DNA of 64,000 nt. Source: Somniosus microcephalus. Its lineage: Eukaryota. The position numbers were made by a program, and so were the translations under genes. The notes below the pieces were generated by a model. It searched no databases. It worked only from the letters and a program-made list of their open reading frames with translations, and had not been told where the DNA came from. Where the stretch lies: positions 261,888,001-261,952,000 of the forward strand of contig CM126206.1 of the NCBI GenBank assembly GCA_052327205.1. Reading direction: 5' to 3'. Below are positions 48,391 to 60,304 of this stretch, one piece after another (positions within the stretch are counted from its first letter, which is position 1; every line of letters begins with the position of its first letter).

Positions 48391-49209
48391 GAGGACCGGG
48401 ATCTGAATCCATTCCAGAAAGCTGGGGTGAAAAGTCTCTACTTTCTGATGATTGTAAGAGTTCTATGCAAAATGAACTTAGGAAGTGTCAAGACAGTTCC
48501 TAGTGGGCATGGGTCCACAGCATAAAATTTGCCAATAATTTAGCACAATTTGGCCATCTCACTCGGAGAGGCCAAAAGGATGGCTGCTGTGAAAAACAGA
48601 AATCAGACTGATGCGTTATGGGGTGCTCTTCTAAGGTTAAAGGGAAGATGATTTTTGGGCAGAGCACAGGGACTTTACTCTGCATCTGACTGTGCTATTC
48701 CTTATCTGGGAAGTCCCTGATACTGGTACTGCGGGCGGGGGTAGGGTGTAATGTTTAATTAACCGCTGGAGCATTAAACTAGCATTAGGGGTCAGGCATC
48801 CCTTACAAGAACTGCCCGATTCTTCTTTGTACTGAAACTGAAAGTTTAGGTTGTCTCAATTCATTACCTGGTATGAGTGGCTCCAATGGGGGAAATATAG
48901 ACATCTTTTATCATAGAATGATATAGCACAGAAGGAGGTTGTTCAACCCATCATACCTGCTCTTTGAAAGAGCTATCCAATTAGTCCCACTCCCCTGCTC
49001 TTTTCCCAAATGTTTCCTTTTCAGGTACTTTTCCAATTTCCTTTTGAAAGTTACTAGTGAATCAGCATCCACCATCCTTTCAGGCAATGCATTCCAGATT
49101 ATAACAACTCACAGTGTAAAAAAAATTCTCATCTTCCCCCAGTTGTTTTGCCAATTATCTTAAACCTGTGCCTTCCGGTTACTGACCTTCTCATCAGTGG
49201 AAACACTTT

Positions 49210-50245
49210 GGGCTGGATTTTGTTAGTGTGGGCGGGCTGGGGCGTGTCAGGTGGAAATCGTGTCAGGGCCCCGACTCCTAAGTGAAGTGTTGAAAAAGTG
49301 CGTTTTTCCCCTAATTGGGCAATTGATTTCCTGCGTGTGGGAACCCCTGGCCCATTGGGTCTTTTCATGCATGACATCATCAACGCTGCTGGATTTAAGG
49401 CCTGCAAGCAGCCTTGATCTTCTGGAGACTGCAAATGCTTTGCAAATTGTATGAAGGAGTTGATTTCCCGACAATGTCCACAATCAAGCAAAAGTGTGCA
49501 CCTCGGTTTGATGAGCCCTCCCTCCAAGCTCTGGTGCACTGAGTCAGATATAATAAAGAGATGCTGTTCCCTTCCTCAGGGAGAAAAAAGCCACCCCAGC
49601 AGACCAAAGCTGTGTGGCTGCAAGTGGCGCTCCTGTTGATGCTCCTGCTGTTGGTTCTGCTGTTGTTCATGGTTCTGCTGCTGCCGTGGCTGGTCTTCGT
49701 CCAAATCTGATGTCCAGGATAAATGGTTCCCATGCTTCTGGTATATGCCTCAGTTGAAGAAGCGCTCAGTCAAGGTGGGGAGAGGGGCTTCCCAGGAGGT
49801 CACACTGGAGCTGGGTGTCAGGCTCCAAACTTCCACAACAATGAGTAGGCCTGCTAAAAGTTTGCCCAGACCTGAGACAACAAAGTTCTGCCACCTGCAA
49901 ATGATGATTGCTGAAAACTCCTTTGTAATGGTGAAGCTGCAGCTGTTAGTAAGCAATCCACTTGTGAGGCCACCAGGATTACCTGGCGTGTTCCAGAGGA
50001 GGTATGTAGGATGTGGGAAATGTCTAAAAATCAGTAAGGCCTCTCAAAATGGGATAATAGAGGCAATTAAGTGGTTGTTAAGGGCCTTAAGGGCCTAGGA
50101 TGGAAAGGGGGTCAGAAAACACGCATTTGGGAAAGTTGCTCGGAGGCGGAATGGAGGCAGGATCGGGCTTGCCCACCATTTTTGGCGATTTTATCACCTT
50201 GCACGCCTCCAAACCCGCCGCCTCGTGCTTGGCAAAATCGAGCCC
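49210..50245. mobile_element. Harbinger deletion derivative with a decayed Myb/SANT fragment
   Basis: TIR GGGCT(G/C)GATTTTG, TSD TTT; + strand about 49495-49630 reads CAPRFDEPSLQALVH*VRYNKEMLFPSSGRKKPPQQTKAVWLQVA. Confidence 0.8.
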
Positions 50246-50909
50246 TTTATCTCTACTTACTCTATCAAAACTTCTCAGAATTTTGAACACCTCTATTAAA
50301 TCTCCCCTTAACCTTCGCTGCTCTGTGGAGAACAATCTCAGTTTCTCTAGTCTCTCCACATAACTGAAGTTCCTCATCCCTGAGATCTGTGTATGTGAAA
50401 CCCCAGGGCCTAGAAATTCGGTTGTTTGCGCCAGCGGTTAGTGCCTAAAGAGAACGAGAATTGGGGCGTAACCTAATGTTGGGGCAGGCGCAATGAAGGT
50501 AGCGACAACTCCCATATTGACTATACATTTAATGCCTGCGCTAAGTGTTTGCGCGCGCCCGCGAGCGCAAGCAGATCATGACGTCATTTCATTGTGCAAT
50601 GCCTTTTAGGGGTGCCTGAGCGGATATTGGGTGGCGCCCGGAGCCTTTACGCCTAGCGCTATTAGTGACAGTTCGAAGGAGCGTTAGCAGGCCCTTCTCG
50701 GAGTCGGGGGGCGCTATTTCAAGGGGACAGCTCTAGTACAGAAGCTTCAGCCACTTGGCCTGTTCATTGCGATCGTTGGTGGAGAGAGTTGGTGAGCTAC
50801 TGTGGAGCAGAGTTTTTGGAATTTAGCATTAGAGTACTTGGGACCCTCAAACCTGTCCGGAGCAGTTGGAGCACTAGACCTAACAGCCTTTTGACCAACT
50901 GGCATCGGA

Positions 50910-51506
50910 ATGGGAGATGCTTTGGAGGGCCACGGCCTCATGGCCGAACACTATGAAGGGGCACAGAGACGGCGGGAGAGAGGGCCGGGATTGGCCAGAA
51001 GGAGGAGGGGCAATGGAGGTCGGCCAATCCGAGGGCATGCTGCGAGGGTCTTTAGGCAGCAGGTGTCATACCTTGACATGTCGGAGGAGCAGTGTGTGCG
51101 AAGGCTCCGATTCGGGATGGACGTTGTTACTGAGCTGTGCCACCTGCTTGCTGAGGGTCTGCAGCCGCGTCTACGGTGCATGACCTCTCTGTCGGTGGCC
51201 GCTAAACTGACTGTTGGCCTCAATTTTTATGGCAACGGATCCTTTCAATGAGCCATTGGGGACATCGCGAATATCTCTCAGGTTGCAGTCCACTGCTGCA
51301 TCCGGCAAGTTACAGCTGCCCTTTATAGGCGAAGGCGTCAATTCATCACCTTCCCTCTGACCCTGGAGAAGCAGGCGGAGGAGGAGGAGGAGGAGCATGC
51401 GGACGAGGAGGAGGAGGGGGAGGAAGATGGAAGGGCTCCTGAAAGTGGAAGGGCCATCCGTCACAGGCTCATGAGGACTCGTATCGAGGCCCCTCTGGTG
51501 GAATGA
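50910..51506 (+). pseudogene. Harbinger transposase (HARBI1-like) N-terminus fused to an acidic C-terminus; DDE core deleted
   Basis: RVFR..SYLDMSEEQCVRRLRF...V..LC.LL...L.V..KL.V.LNFY.NGSFQ*AIGDIANISQ..V..CIRQVT.AL...FITFP, then directly EEEEE..GRAIRHRL; internal TGA at 51249-51251. Confidence 0.85.
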
Positions 51507-52329
51507 TGAGTGTCTTAACTGCTGCGCACTTTGGATGTTTCAAAGCCTCTGAAGGCCAGCATCACTGTAATTAGTCACGTACACCATAGCACATTTAAAC
51601 TTCTCTTTATTGTCACAAAAGTCTTTCATTACAGCAAAACAACGTCATGTCAACAGAAACCATAACTAACAAAATAACAGTTAACTCTTCGGCAAAGCCG
51701 CCAAACTAAACAAACTATTTCCAACAATTCCAACAGGTGAGGGTCTCCTTGATTTTGGCCAAAGAAACATCTCAGCACCTCCCTCTACTGCTGGCCCCTT
51801 GATGGAGAACGACTTCTCTTTCGCGCTCGGCCCCTTCCCTCCCTGCTGCTCCTACGTAATTGAACCCCAGTGGCGGGGTGAAGGCTGGGGGACGCCTGCT
51901 GACTGTCTGGAAGCGCAGAAGCCCCTGAGGGACGGCCTGGCTGACCTCTGGGCTTGGAGGGTGCGGACGCAGGATGCTTGATCTGAGCATGGCTGGAAGC
52001 AGTGTGCACTGCAGGTGGTGGCAGCTGCACTGCAGACGTGCCAGCGCTGGCATGTGGAATGGTCACCTGCCGAGAGAGGACACCTGCACCATTGTCGGAC
52101 GACACACTGGCTCTCTGAGGTGACCGGCTCGGCTCATCCGCCACAATCGCATGCTCCACTGATTCCTGGCCTTGTATGGGACTGGAAGGGCCCGGGGTGA
52201 TCCTAGCTGATGCAGATAGGGTGGCTGCAGTGAGAGTTCGCGTTGCCTCAATCTGGGTGTGGACGAGGCCGGCAAGTGGCTGCGTGGCAGCAGTGAGGAC
52301 CTGTGAGCCAGGTGCCAGTGCTTCGGAGA

Positions 52330-52690
52330 AACCCTTGACAGTTCTTTCCATTGCTTCGGACAAGGCCGGTGCTGACTGCTCCACTGCCTCGGACAAGCCC
52401 TGCACAGACCTTTCCAGGGATTGTCTGAAGCCCTGAACAGTCCTTTCCATAGCGGCCTCGAAGCCCTGGACAGTCCTCTCCATTGTTGGCCCAAAGCCCT
52501 CGACAGACCTCTCCATTGTTGCCCCGAAGCCCTGGAGAGTCCTGTCCATTGTTGCCCCGAAGCCCTGGAGAGTCCTCTCCATTGCTGGCCCGAAGCCCTC
52601 GACAGACCTCTCCATTGTTGCCCCGAAGCCCTGGAGAGTCCTGTCCATTGTTGCCCTGGAGAGTCCTCTCCATTGTTGCCCCGAAGTCCA
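52330..52690 (-). repeat. 33-bp coding tandem repeat (11 aa, ATMERTLQGFG-like), about 10-11 units
   Basis: Unit CTCCATTGTTGCCCCGAAGCCCTGGAGAGTCCT on +, diverging toward 52330. Confidence 0.9.
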
Positions 52691-53418
52691 ACACACTCTT
52701 TGTCAGTGTATCTATTGACTGAGGCATCCTCCCCACTGCAGCCATCAGCTCAGTGTGCCTGAGCCGGGCCTGGGTGCTCATTTCAGCCAGGCGACGCACC
52801 TCCTCTGCACTCTGTGCAGCAGTCATCACTACCTGCCTTTCCCTCCGGGGAGACGGTGGCCGAACTTGCCTACCCCCCTTGCGTTGCTGCATGCTGCTTG
52901 GTCCGGCAACTGCCTGATCCTCAGAGCCCCCTCCCCTCCCCTCCAGGGAACTACTATCCCCAGTCTGTACATGTGTATGCTCCCCTGAGATTGGAACGGA
53001 TGGTCCGGCTTCCTCCTGATCCTCGCCTCCGGAGGCACTGGCATTGGCAGCTTCAGGGCGTGGAGCCCCAGTTGGTGATGCATCATCTGAAAGCAGGGAG
53101 GTGGAAGAGTGGCTTTAGCAAAAGGACAGGTTGGCGGAAAGGCATGGCAGATTGTGGCACACTGAGGAAGCATGCTGGCGGGGGGACCAAGTGGAAGGAG
53201 ACAGCTGCAAAAGGTGAGAGCCTTACCCTCGCTGTCGAGAATGGGGTCGGCAGCTGCAGTGGTAACAGGACCAGACAGACGTCCTCCAAGAATCTGGTGC
53301 ACTCTCTCCTCGAGATCTGTGAGAGTGACCACTTGTGGAGGTCCGCCACCGGTTCGGCGCTGCTCCTTCCGCATCGTTGCCAGCTTGGACTGCAGGGGAA
53401 AGAAGGGGAAGTTCTGTA

Positions 53419-53637
53419 ACATGATGCCTTGAGAGATCATCTCATGCCCCCCATGGTGCAAGAGCCCTTACATGATGCCTTGAGAGATCATCTCATGCCC
53501 CCCATGGTGCAAGAGCCCTTACATGATGCCTTGAGAGATCATCTCATGCCCCCCATGGTGCAAGAGCCCTTACATGATGCCTTGAGAGATCATCTCATGC
53601 CCCCCATGGTGCAAGGGCCCTTACATGTGGCCTTGAG
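53419..53637. repeat. 51-bp tandem repeat, 4 near-perfect copies plus a partial copy, in intron 1 of the Myb/SANT gene
   Basis: Unit ACATGATGCCTTGAGAGATCATCTCATGCCCCCCATGGTGCAAGAGCCCTT starts at 53419, 53470, 53521 and 53572. Confidence 0.95.
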
Positions 53638-54876
53638 TGAAATGTCCATGTGTGTGCCCAGAAAGGGCCATGGGTGCTTGCTGACAGATGGCCATTGGGG
53701 CATCATGGCAACAGGGTCCTCGAAGTTAGGTGCAGATGGAGGGAATCAGAAGTTTGCATAACCAACACTCATCCTAACGACCCGAGTGAGGTCGTTGAAT
53801 TTCTTCCTGCACTGAACAGGGGTCCTGGTCGCCATGCTGTTGGAGTTGACCCTCTGAGAAACCTTCCTCCAAGATCGCCGGTAAGCCTTTTGATTCGGCC
53901 TCTTGCCATTGTCAGGATACAGAACATCTCGACGGCGCTCAACTGCAGACACCAACTGGCCCAGAGCCTCAGTGCTGAAGCGCTCTGCTCTCTGTCTCAC
54001 CTTCTCCATCCTCACCAAGTTTCTTGCGCCAGAGAAGGGCGAGCGCCGATTCTGAGGTCTACAGGGCGTTGAGTATAGCAGCTCAGGCTGACTGACCCAC
54101 CCCTTTAAGAGCCGGCCGGCGCCTGGAAGTCTCGTGGTCTCCGGTAATTGAGATCACCTGCACTGCGCCCGTCCGCGCCGATATTGGGTAGCGCCTGAAC
54201 TTTTGCGCCTTAGGAGCCCCGTGCAACGTCTGAGTTAGCGCCTCAATCCCCTTTGGGGGTGATGCAACCCAATATCTCGCCAGGCAGCGATAAGTTTCGT
54301 CTGGCTATAAACTTTGCGCAGCGCCAGTTCTAACGCCTCAAGCGGGGCTATACCCAATTTCTAGGCCCAAGTCTTTCTGTTCTTGCACCTCCTTTAAAAT
54401 TGGTTTATATTGCCTCTCCTCATTTTTGCTCCCAAAACAAATCGCTTCACACTTTTTTGCATTAAATTTCATCACCAGTCTGTCTATGTCCTCCTGAAGT
54501 CTGCTGATATATAAGGCAATCCATTTTCTACTAATTAAAATATGGGAGTTCATTTCCCTGCCTGTGGCAGCGAACCTCATCCCGGTCTGCACTGTCGGAC
54601 GTGCTATCCTTCAGGTGAAACATTAAACCGAGACCCCGTCTGCCCTCTCAGGTGGACGTAAAAGATCCCACGGCACTATTTTGAAGAACAGCAAGGGAAT
54701 TCTCCCCAGTGTTCTGGCCAATATTTATCCCTGAATCATCACCTAAAACAGATGATCTGGTCATTTATTAAATTGCTGTTTGTGGGAGCTTGCTGTGCCT
54801 AAATTGGCTGCCGTGTTTCCTACATTACAACAGTGACCACATTTGAAAAAGTACTTCATTTATTGTAAAGCGCTTT

Positions 54877-57800
54877 TGTAACGTCCGTGTGTAATTGAGA
54901 CACGGACTGCAGAAGTTGGTTATAACAGGTCTTTACTGAATGGAGACAAAACTGGAACTACTATACAAAGTTACTGCACAGGCTTATATACAGGGGTGGT
55001 CACTACTGGTACTGCAGTATACAGGGGCTGCAGAATATAGTTCCTTCTTCAAGGTACATACACTACAATTCCTCCCCTTTTAGCTAAACAGTACATAACA
55101 TTCGATTAATAATTAAATAACATATTTACAATTACAGTTGCTGTATACATTAGCTGAAGTTAATCAATTATAAATTCAGTCTTTGAGGAGGCTTCCTGAT
55201 TCTGTCCGGATAACGCCTCTTTGGGGTATCAGGTTCTTCTGGCAAAGTTGATTCGGGATCAACGTCGTTGTTTGGTTCGTCTGCTTCCAATATCACCGAT
55301 TCTGAGGTAGATGCAATTGGTACTTCGGTTTCATCACCAGGTGTATAGGATCGTGGTGCAGATTTGACGTTTTCCAGTGACTCTAGAATCTGGTCAGCAT
55401 GGCGTCTTACGATGCTCTCTCCAACGTCCACGGTATACATTAGAGGTCCTTGCCGTGTGCAGATCGTTCCTGGCTGCCATTTCTCTGTGCGGTAGTCCTG
55501 GGCCAAAACTGGTTGACCTATCTTGAAACTCCTGGTTGGCCTTTCATTCATATTCTGAAACTGTCTGTTCGCCACATCTCTTCTGATGTTTGGCTTAACC
55601 AAATCCAAGCGGCATCTTAGTCTTCGATTGAAGAACATCATGGCTGGAGTTTGGTTGGTAACTGCATGTGTCGCATTCCGGTAGGCAAACAAGAAGTTAT
55701 CCACCTTGTGTTGTAGGGGTATGTCTTCATTACACATTGCCTTGATAGCCTTCTTGAATGTTTGAACGAACCTCTCAGCCAATCCATTGGTGGCTGGATG
55801 ATATGGGGCGGATGTGTAATGCTTAACACCATTGTTCTTTAAGAACCTCCGGAACTCTTCAGACACAAACTGTGGTCCATTGTCGGAACAAATCTGTTCA
55901 GGCAGCCCATTTCTGGCGAATATGGTTCGTAAGACTGTGATAGTTTTTTCTGTGGTGGTTGAGGACATTTTTATTACCTCTGGCCACTTTGAATGTGCAT
56001 CTACCGCAATTAAAAACATCGAGTCCATAAATGGACCAGCAAAATCAATATGTACCCTTTGCCATGGAGATGAGGGCCACTCCCATGGATGTAGAGGGGT
56101 TTGTGGTGGGGCGTTTTGGACCTTCTGGCATCCTATACAGCTCTTGGTCATCTCTTCGATTTCTCTATCGATTCCCAGCCACCACACAAACGCTCTGGCT
56201 AAGTTCTTCATTTTTACCCCTCCCAAATGACCCTCATGAAGCTCATTGAGCACTCTATCCCTCAATTTGGGTGGAATTACTACTCTGGATCCACACATCA
56301 AGGTTCCTCGGCACACTGACAGCTGTTATCTTCTCGGCGAGAATGCTGGCAACAGTGGTTCGCCATGTGCTGGCCATCCCTTCACCGTTAAATCATAGAC
56401 CCTGGAGAGTGTCGGGTCATTTCGTGTTTCCTTTTCTATGTTTGCATTCGTCACAGGTAGACATTCGACTATGGTCGAGTGGAATATCTCCACAGGATCC
56501 ACTGCAGGTGCTTCTTCCACCATCGGCAACGGTAGGCACGACAATCCATCAGCATTCCCATGCTGTTTAGTTCCTTTGTACTCGATGTCATATTGGTGTG
56601 CCCCTAGGAAAAGGGACCACCTCTGTAGCCGTTGTGCTGTCATTATCGGGACGCCCTTCTTAGGGTTGAAAATGGAGACAAGAGGTTGATGATCAGTTAG
56701 TAGAGTAAATTTCTGTCCGTGCAGGTAGTGATTGAACTTCTTCACCCCCCACACCAGGCTGAGGGCCTCTCTGTCAATCTGGGCGTAGTTACGCTCGGCT
56801 GCAGTTAACGAGCGTGACGCAAAAGCTATCGGCCTCTCTGAACCATCAAGGGATTTATGTGACAGTACCGCTCCAACGCCGTAGGGAGACGCATCACACG
56901 CCAGTCTTATCGGTAGTGATGGGTTGTAGTGAGCCAATACTTCTCTTGAAGTGATCAGGCCTTTACACTTCTGAAAGGCCCGCTTACATTCATCGCTCCA
57001 TTTCCATGCTACTCCAGTTTGTAGCAGGGCATTCAGTGGGTGCAGAATTGTGGACAAATTCGGCAAAAACTTATGGTAGTAATTCATCAATCCGAGGAAT
57101 GACCTCAGTTGCGACACATTTTCAGGCGCTGGAGCCTTAACTACCGCTTCAATTTTGTCAGGGGACTTATGTAACCCCTCTTCATCAATCACGTGGCCAC
57201 AATACGATATTTGTTTCTTAAAAAACTCGCACTTGGGGCGATTGGCTCGTAGCCCATGTTCTCTTAGTCTAGTGAGCACCTGCTCTAGGTTGGCAAGGTG
57301 TTCACTGTCATTTTCACCTGTCACTAGGATGTTGTCCAAGTAACACTGGGTCCCCGGAATCCCTTGCAGGACTTGTTCCATCGCTCTTTGCCATATAGCC
57401 GGAGCTGATGTAACTCCGAATACCAGTCGATTATACTGGTAAAGACCTTTGTGAGTGTTTATCGTGAGATATTTCCTAGAGGATTCTTCAACCTCCATCT
57501 GCAAATATGCTTGCGCTAGGTCAATTTTTGTAAAACGTTTCCCTCCAGATAGTGAGGCGAAAATATCTTCTATCCTCGGAAGAGGATACTGTACTGTGTG
57601 AAGGACTGGGTTCACAGTCACCTTGAAGTCCCCACAGATGCGAACCTTCCTTGGCTCCTCAGACTTATTGTTTAACATTTTCTTCATGACAGGAACGATG
57701 GGTGTCGCCCACTCGCTCCAGTCTACCTTAGTTAACACGCCTGCATTCTCCAGATTCTCCAGCTCTGACTCGACGGCTGGGCAAATTGCATACGGTACCG

Positions 57801-60061
57801 GTCTTGCTTTGAAAAACTTGGGAATTGCATTCTCTTCTATTTTTATCGAGGTGGTTAAACCTTTAAGAGTTCCCAGTTCTTGTTCAAATACCTCTTTAGC
57901 GTTAGCCAAGATTTTTGACAATCGTCCAGGTGTGACGTCGTCATCCTTTTTACCAGCCACAGTCAGTGCCTGAATGGAGTGCCAGTCTAAACTTATCTTT
58001 CTGATCCATTCACGTCCCAATAACGGTGGTCCACCATCTTGCAGTATGTACAGATACAATTTCTGTATTTCCTTGCCATTGTATTCGACAGGCACCCTTA
58101 TTTTCCCTCTGGGGTATACTTTCTGCCACGTATATGTCTTCAAGACAATGGATGTGTCTTTCAAGGGTATGTGTGAGAATAGCTGCTCGTAGTCTCGTCG
58201 ATTCATGACGGTCAGGGCTGATCCTGTATCCAATTCCATTTTGACTTGGGACCCTGCTATCGTGAGGGTGACCCAAATGGTTCGGTGATCCTCTTTTGTG
58301 ATTACGTTTGTGTAGTTTGAGACAGCTTAGTCTCTTGTTCTCGGATTCACTATCGCTCTTCTGGTCTTCGGAACTACTGTCCGTCATCTTTTGTACTTTC
58401 CTGTACTTTTCCTTAGTAGTCTTTTTGTTGTCGTTAGTCTTCTTCCCGGACCTGCAAACTCGTGCAATGTGTCCCATCTTTCCGTATTGCCTGCATGTTT
58501 TGTCCTTGGACTAGCAGTCCTTCTGGTCATAGGTTGTTCTGCCGCAGCGATAACATTTTTCAAATCCCCGTGTCATTTCATGGGTGCTGTATTCCTGTGG
58601 CTTTTGCTGTATTTTTGCAGCTCCCCTTGCTGCTGCTTCGTACGATACTGCCACGCTGAAAGTCTTATCTAGCGTCAGCTCTTTCTCTGAGAGTAACCTC
58701 TTCTGGGTTCCTTCACTCAGGAGTCCACAGACAAATTTGTCCCGTAGGGTATCTGCCAGTCCTGCTCCGAACTGGTAGTGCTTTGATAGCTTGCGTAGTT
58801 CCGTAAGGTAATCAGCATTGCTCTCATCTTTATGCTGATTTCTCTTGTGGAATTTAAATCTTTCTGCTATCAGCAGCGGTGTAGGATTTAGGTGTTCCTG
58901 TAGGATATCAACAATTTTGTTAAAACTCTTCTCCATCGGTTTGACTGGAGTGATCAGGTTCCGCAATAGGCCGTACGTTCTTGCGCCCATTAAGTTTAGT
59001 AGTACTGATGCCTTTTTCTCATCGGCTACTTCATTTGCCTTGCAATATACTTCGACTCTTTCCACATACGTGGTCCAGTCTTCTATTGCATTATCGAAGG
59101 CAGTGATATTGCCAGTCTTCGGCATCTTGGAGATCTAAGATGGCGCCTCCCGCGCTTTGCCTTCTTCCCCGATTGAATAAAATGGCGCCTCCCGCGCTTT
59201 GCCTTCTTCCCCGCTGGATTAAGATGGCGCCTCCCACGCTTTCTGTCTTTTCCGCTGCTGCCTGCGCTGTTGCTGGCGTTTTTATGCCTTGATGGCGATG
59301 CCCTATGGTCTTCGCGCACTTCCCCCTGCACTGCTGCCAACGCCGCTCTCCGCGGTCCCCGTGGCAAACTGCAGCTCCTCGCGGCGTTCTGCACTTCTAA
59401 TTTCTTTTATTTTAATTACTGTTCCCGTCGTCACTTTCCTCCCTCTTCTCGGGCCTGTACGCTGCCCGGCTTCATAGCACCGGTCGCGCCCTGTGTGCTC
59501 CACCCTCTCTCTCTCTCTCCTCTTCCCGACAACGCTGCTCGGCCCCGTTGAAAAGCCACCCGATCGAGCTCTAGCCCGCCGCAGCCCAGGAAGGATCAGT
59601 GTACTACCTGCCACCAGCCCGATTAGCTGGAACACCATCGACTGGAGAACCAAGCCCAGCTCTCGGCAGCCTCTCCTGCAAATCTTCGAATTCGATGAAT
59701 CAGAGGGCGGTTGCCCACGGTCGACGCCCGTTTCTTCTGTTTGTTTTTTTTCTTTTTTTTCTTTTTGGATTTCTTCCTTCTGGCCTCGACCTCTAACAAC
59801 TTCGCTTCAGGGATGGATCCCCGTGAGGTGGTGCAGGACTGTAGGTAAGTTCGGATCTGTTCGTCGCCAATGTAACGTCCGTGTGTAATTGAGACACGGA
59901 CTGCAGAAGTTGGTTATAACAGGTGTTTACTGAATGGAGACAAAACTGGAACTACTAAACAAAGTTACTACACAGGCTTATATACAGGGGTGGTCACTAC
60001 TGGTACTGCAGTATACAGGGGCTGCAGAATATAGTTCCTTCTTCAAGGTACATACACTACA
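54877..60061 (-). mobile_element. full-length Ty3/Gypsy LTR retrotransposon, Mag-type (sister of 29651-34572)
   Basis: 191-bp LTRs 54877-55067 and 59871-60061 (3 differences by eye); 5-bp TSD GCTTT; PBS TGGCGACGA; PPT AAAGGGGAGGAA. Confidence 0.96.
55168..59125 (-). pseudogene. gag-pol with a stop (58511-58513) and frameshifts (about 58300 and 56326)
   Basis: ORFs 58511-59125, 58010-58477, 56326-58239 and 55168-56316 align with the sister element; the RT motif is mutated to YLDN. Confidence 0.9.
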
Positions 60062-60304
60062 GCTTTAGGATGTCCTGAGGTTCTGAAAGGCACGATATAA
60101 ATGCAAGTCTTTCTTTCCTTTCTTTCTATTAGAAGACAGGAAAATTGTGGGCAATGGGCCTGTGACTTTCCGATATATTCAGAAGGCAAACTTTAAAAAT
60201 GACCCTGACCACAGATACAAAATCAACTAATGTTGGGATTTATTTAATTTAAAAATTAATTTAATATTTGTGCAACATTGAATTCTGATCAACAGAGTGA
60301 TACA

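Larger units (their letters stand above)
51785..54009 (-). pseudogene. Harbinger Myb/SANT-like DNA-binding protein gene (spliced, disrupted)
   Basis: Exon 1 MEKVRQRAERFSTEALGQLV..W..VS..VN....RT..QCRKKFNDL; exon 2 SKLATMRKEQRRTGGGPP..LTDLEE (about 53390-53227); the first donor reads ATGAGT instead of GTGAGT; 8-bp deletion frameshift at about 52655. Confidence 0.8.
50406..54368. mobile_element. PIF/Harbinger transposon with convergent transposase and Myb/SANT genes, non-autonomous
   Basis: Perfect 13-bp TIR GGGCCTAGAAATT; TSD imperfect (CAG/CAA if the ends are shifted by 1 nt). Confidence 0.9.
48910..54505 (-). mobile_element. CR1 fragment split into three pieces (about 48910-49209, 50246-50405, 54369-54505) by two Harbinger insertions
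   Basis: FSYVERLEKLRLFS.EQRRLRGDLIEVFKIL at 50377-50246; LQEDIDRL..KFNAKKCE..FG at 54500-54400; tail at about 48910. Confidence 0.75.
54587..60125 (+). mobile_element. Deu-domain SINE split by the LTR element (54587-54876 and 60062-60125)
   Basis: The Deu core ends ..GTAAAGCGCTTT and resumes AGGATGTCCTGAGGTTCTGAAAGGC..ATATAAATGCAAGTCTTTC. Confidence 0.8.

Noticed and set aside
53419-53637. Possible CRISPR array
   Set aside because: Head-to-tail units with no unique spacers, no cas genes, eukaryotic context.
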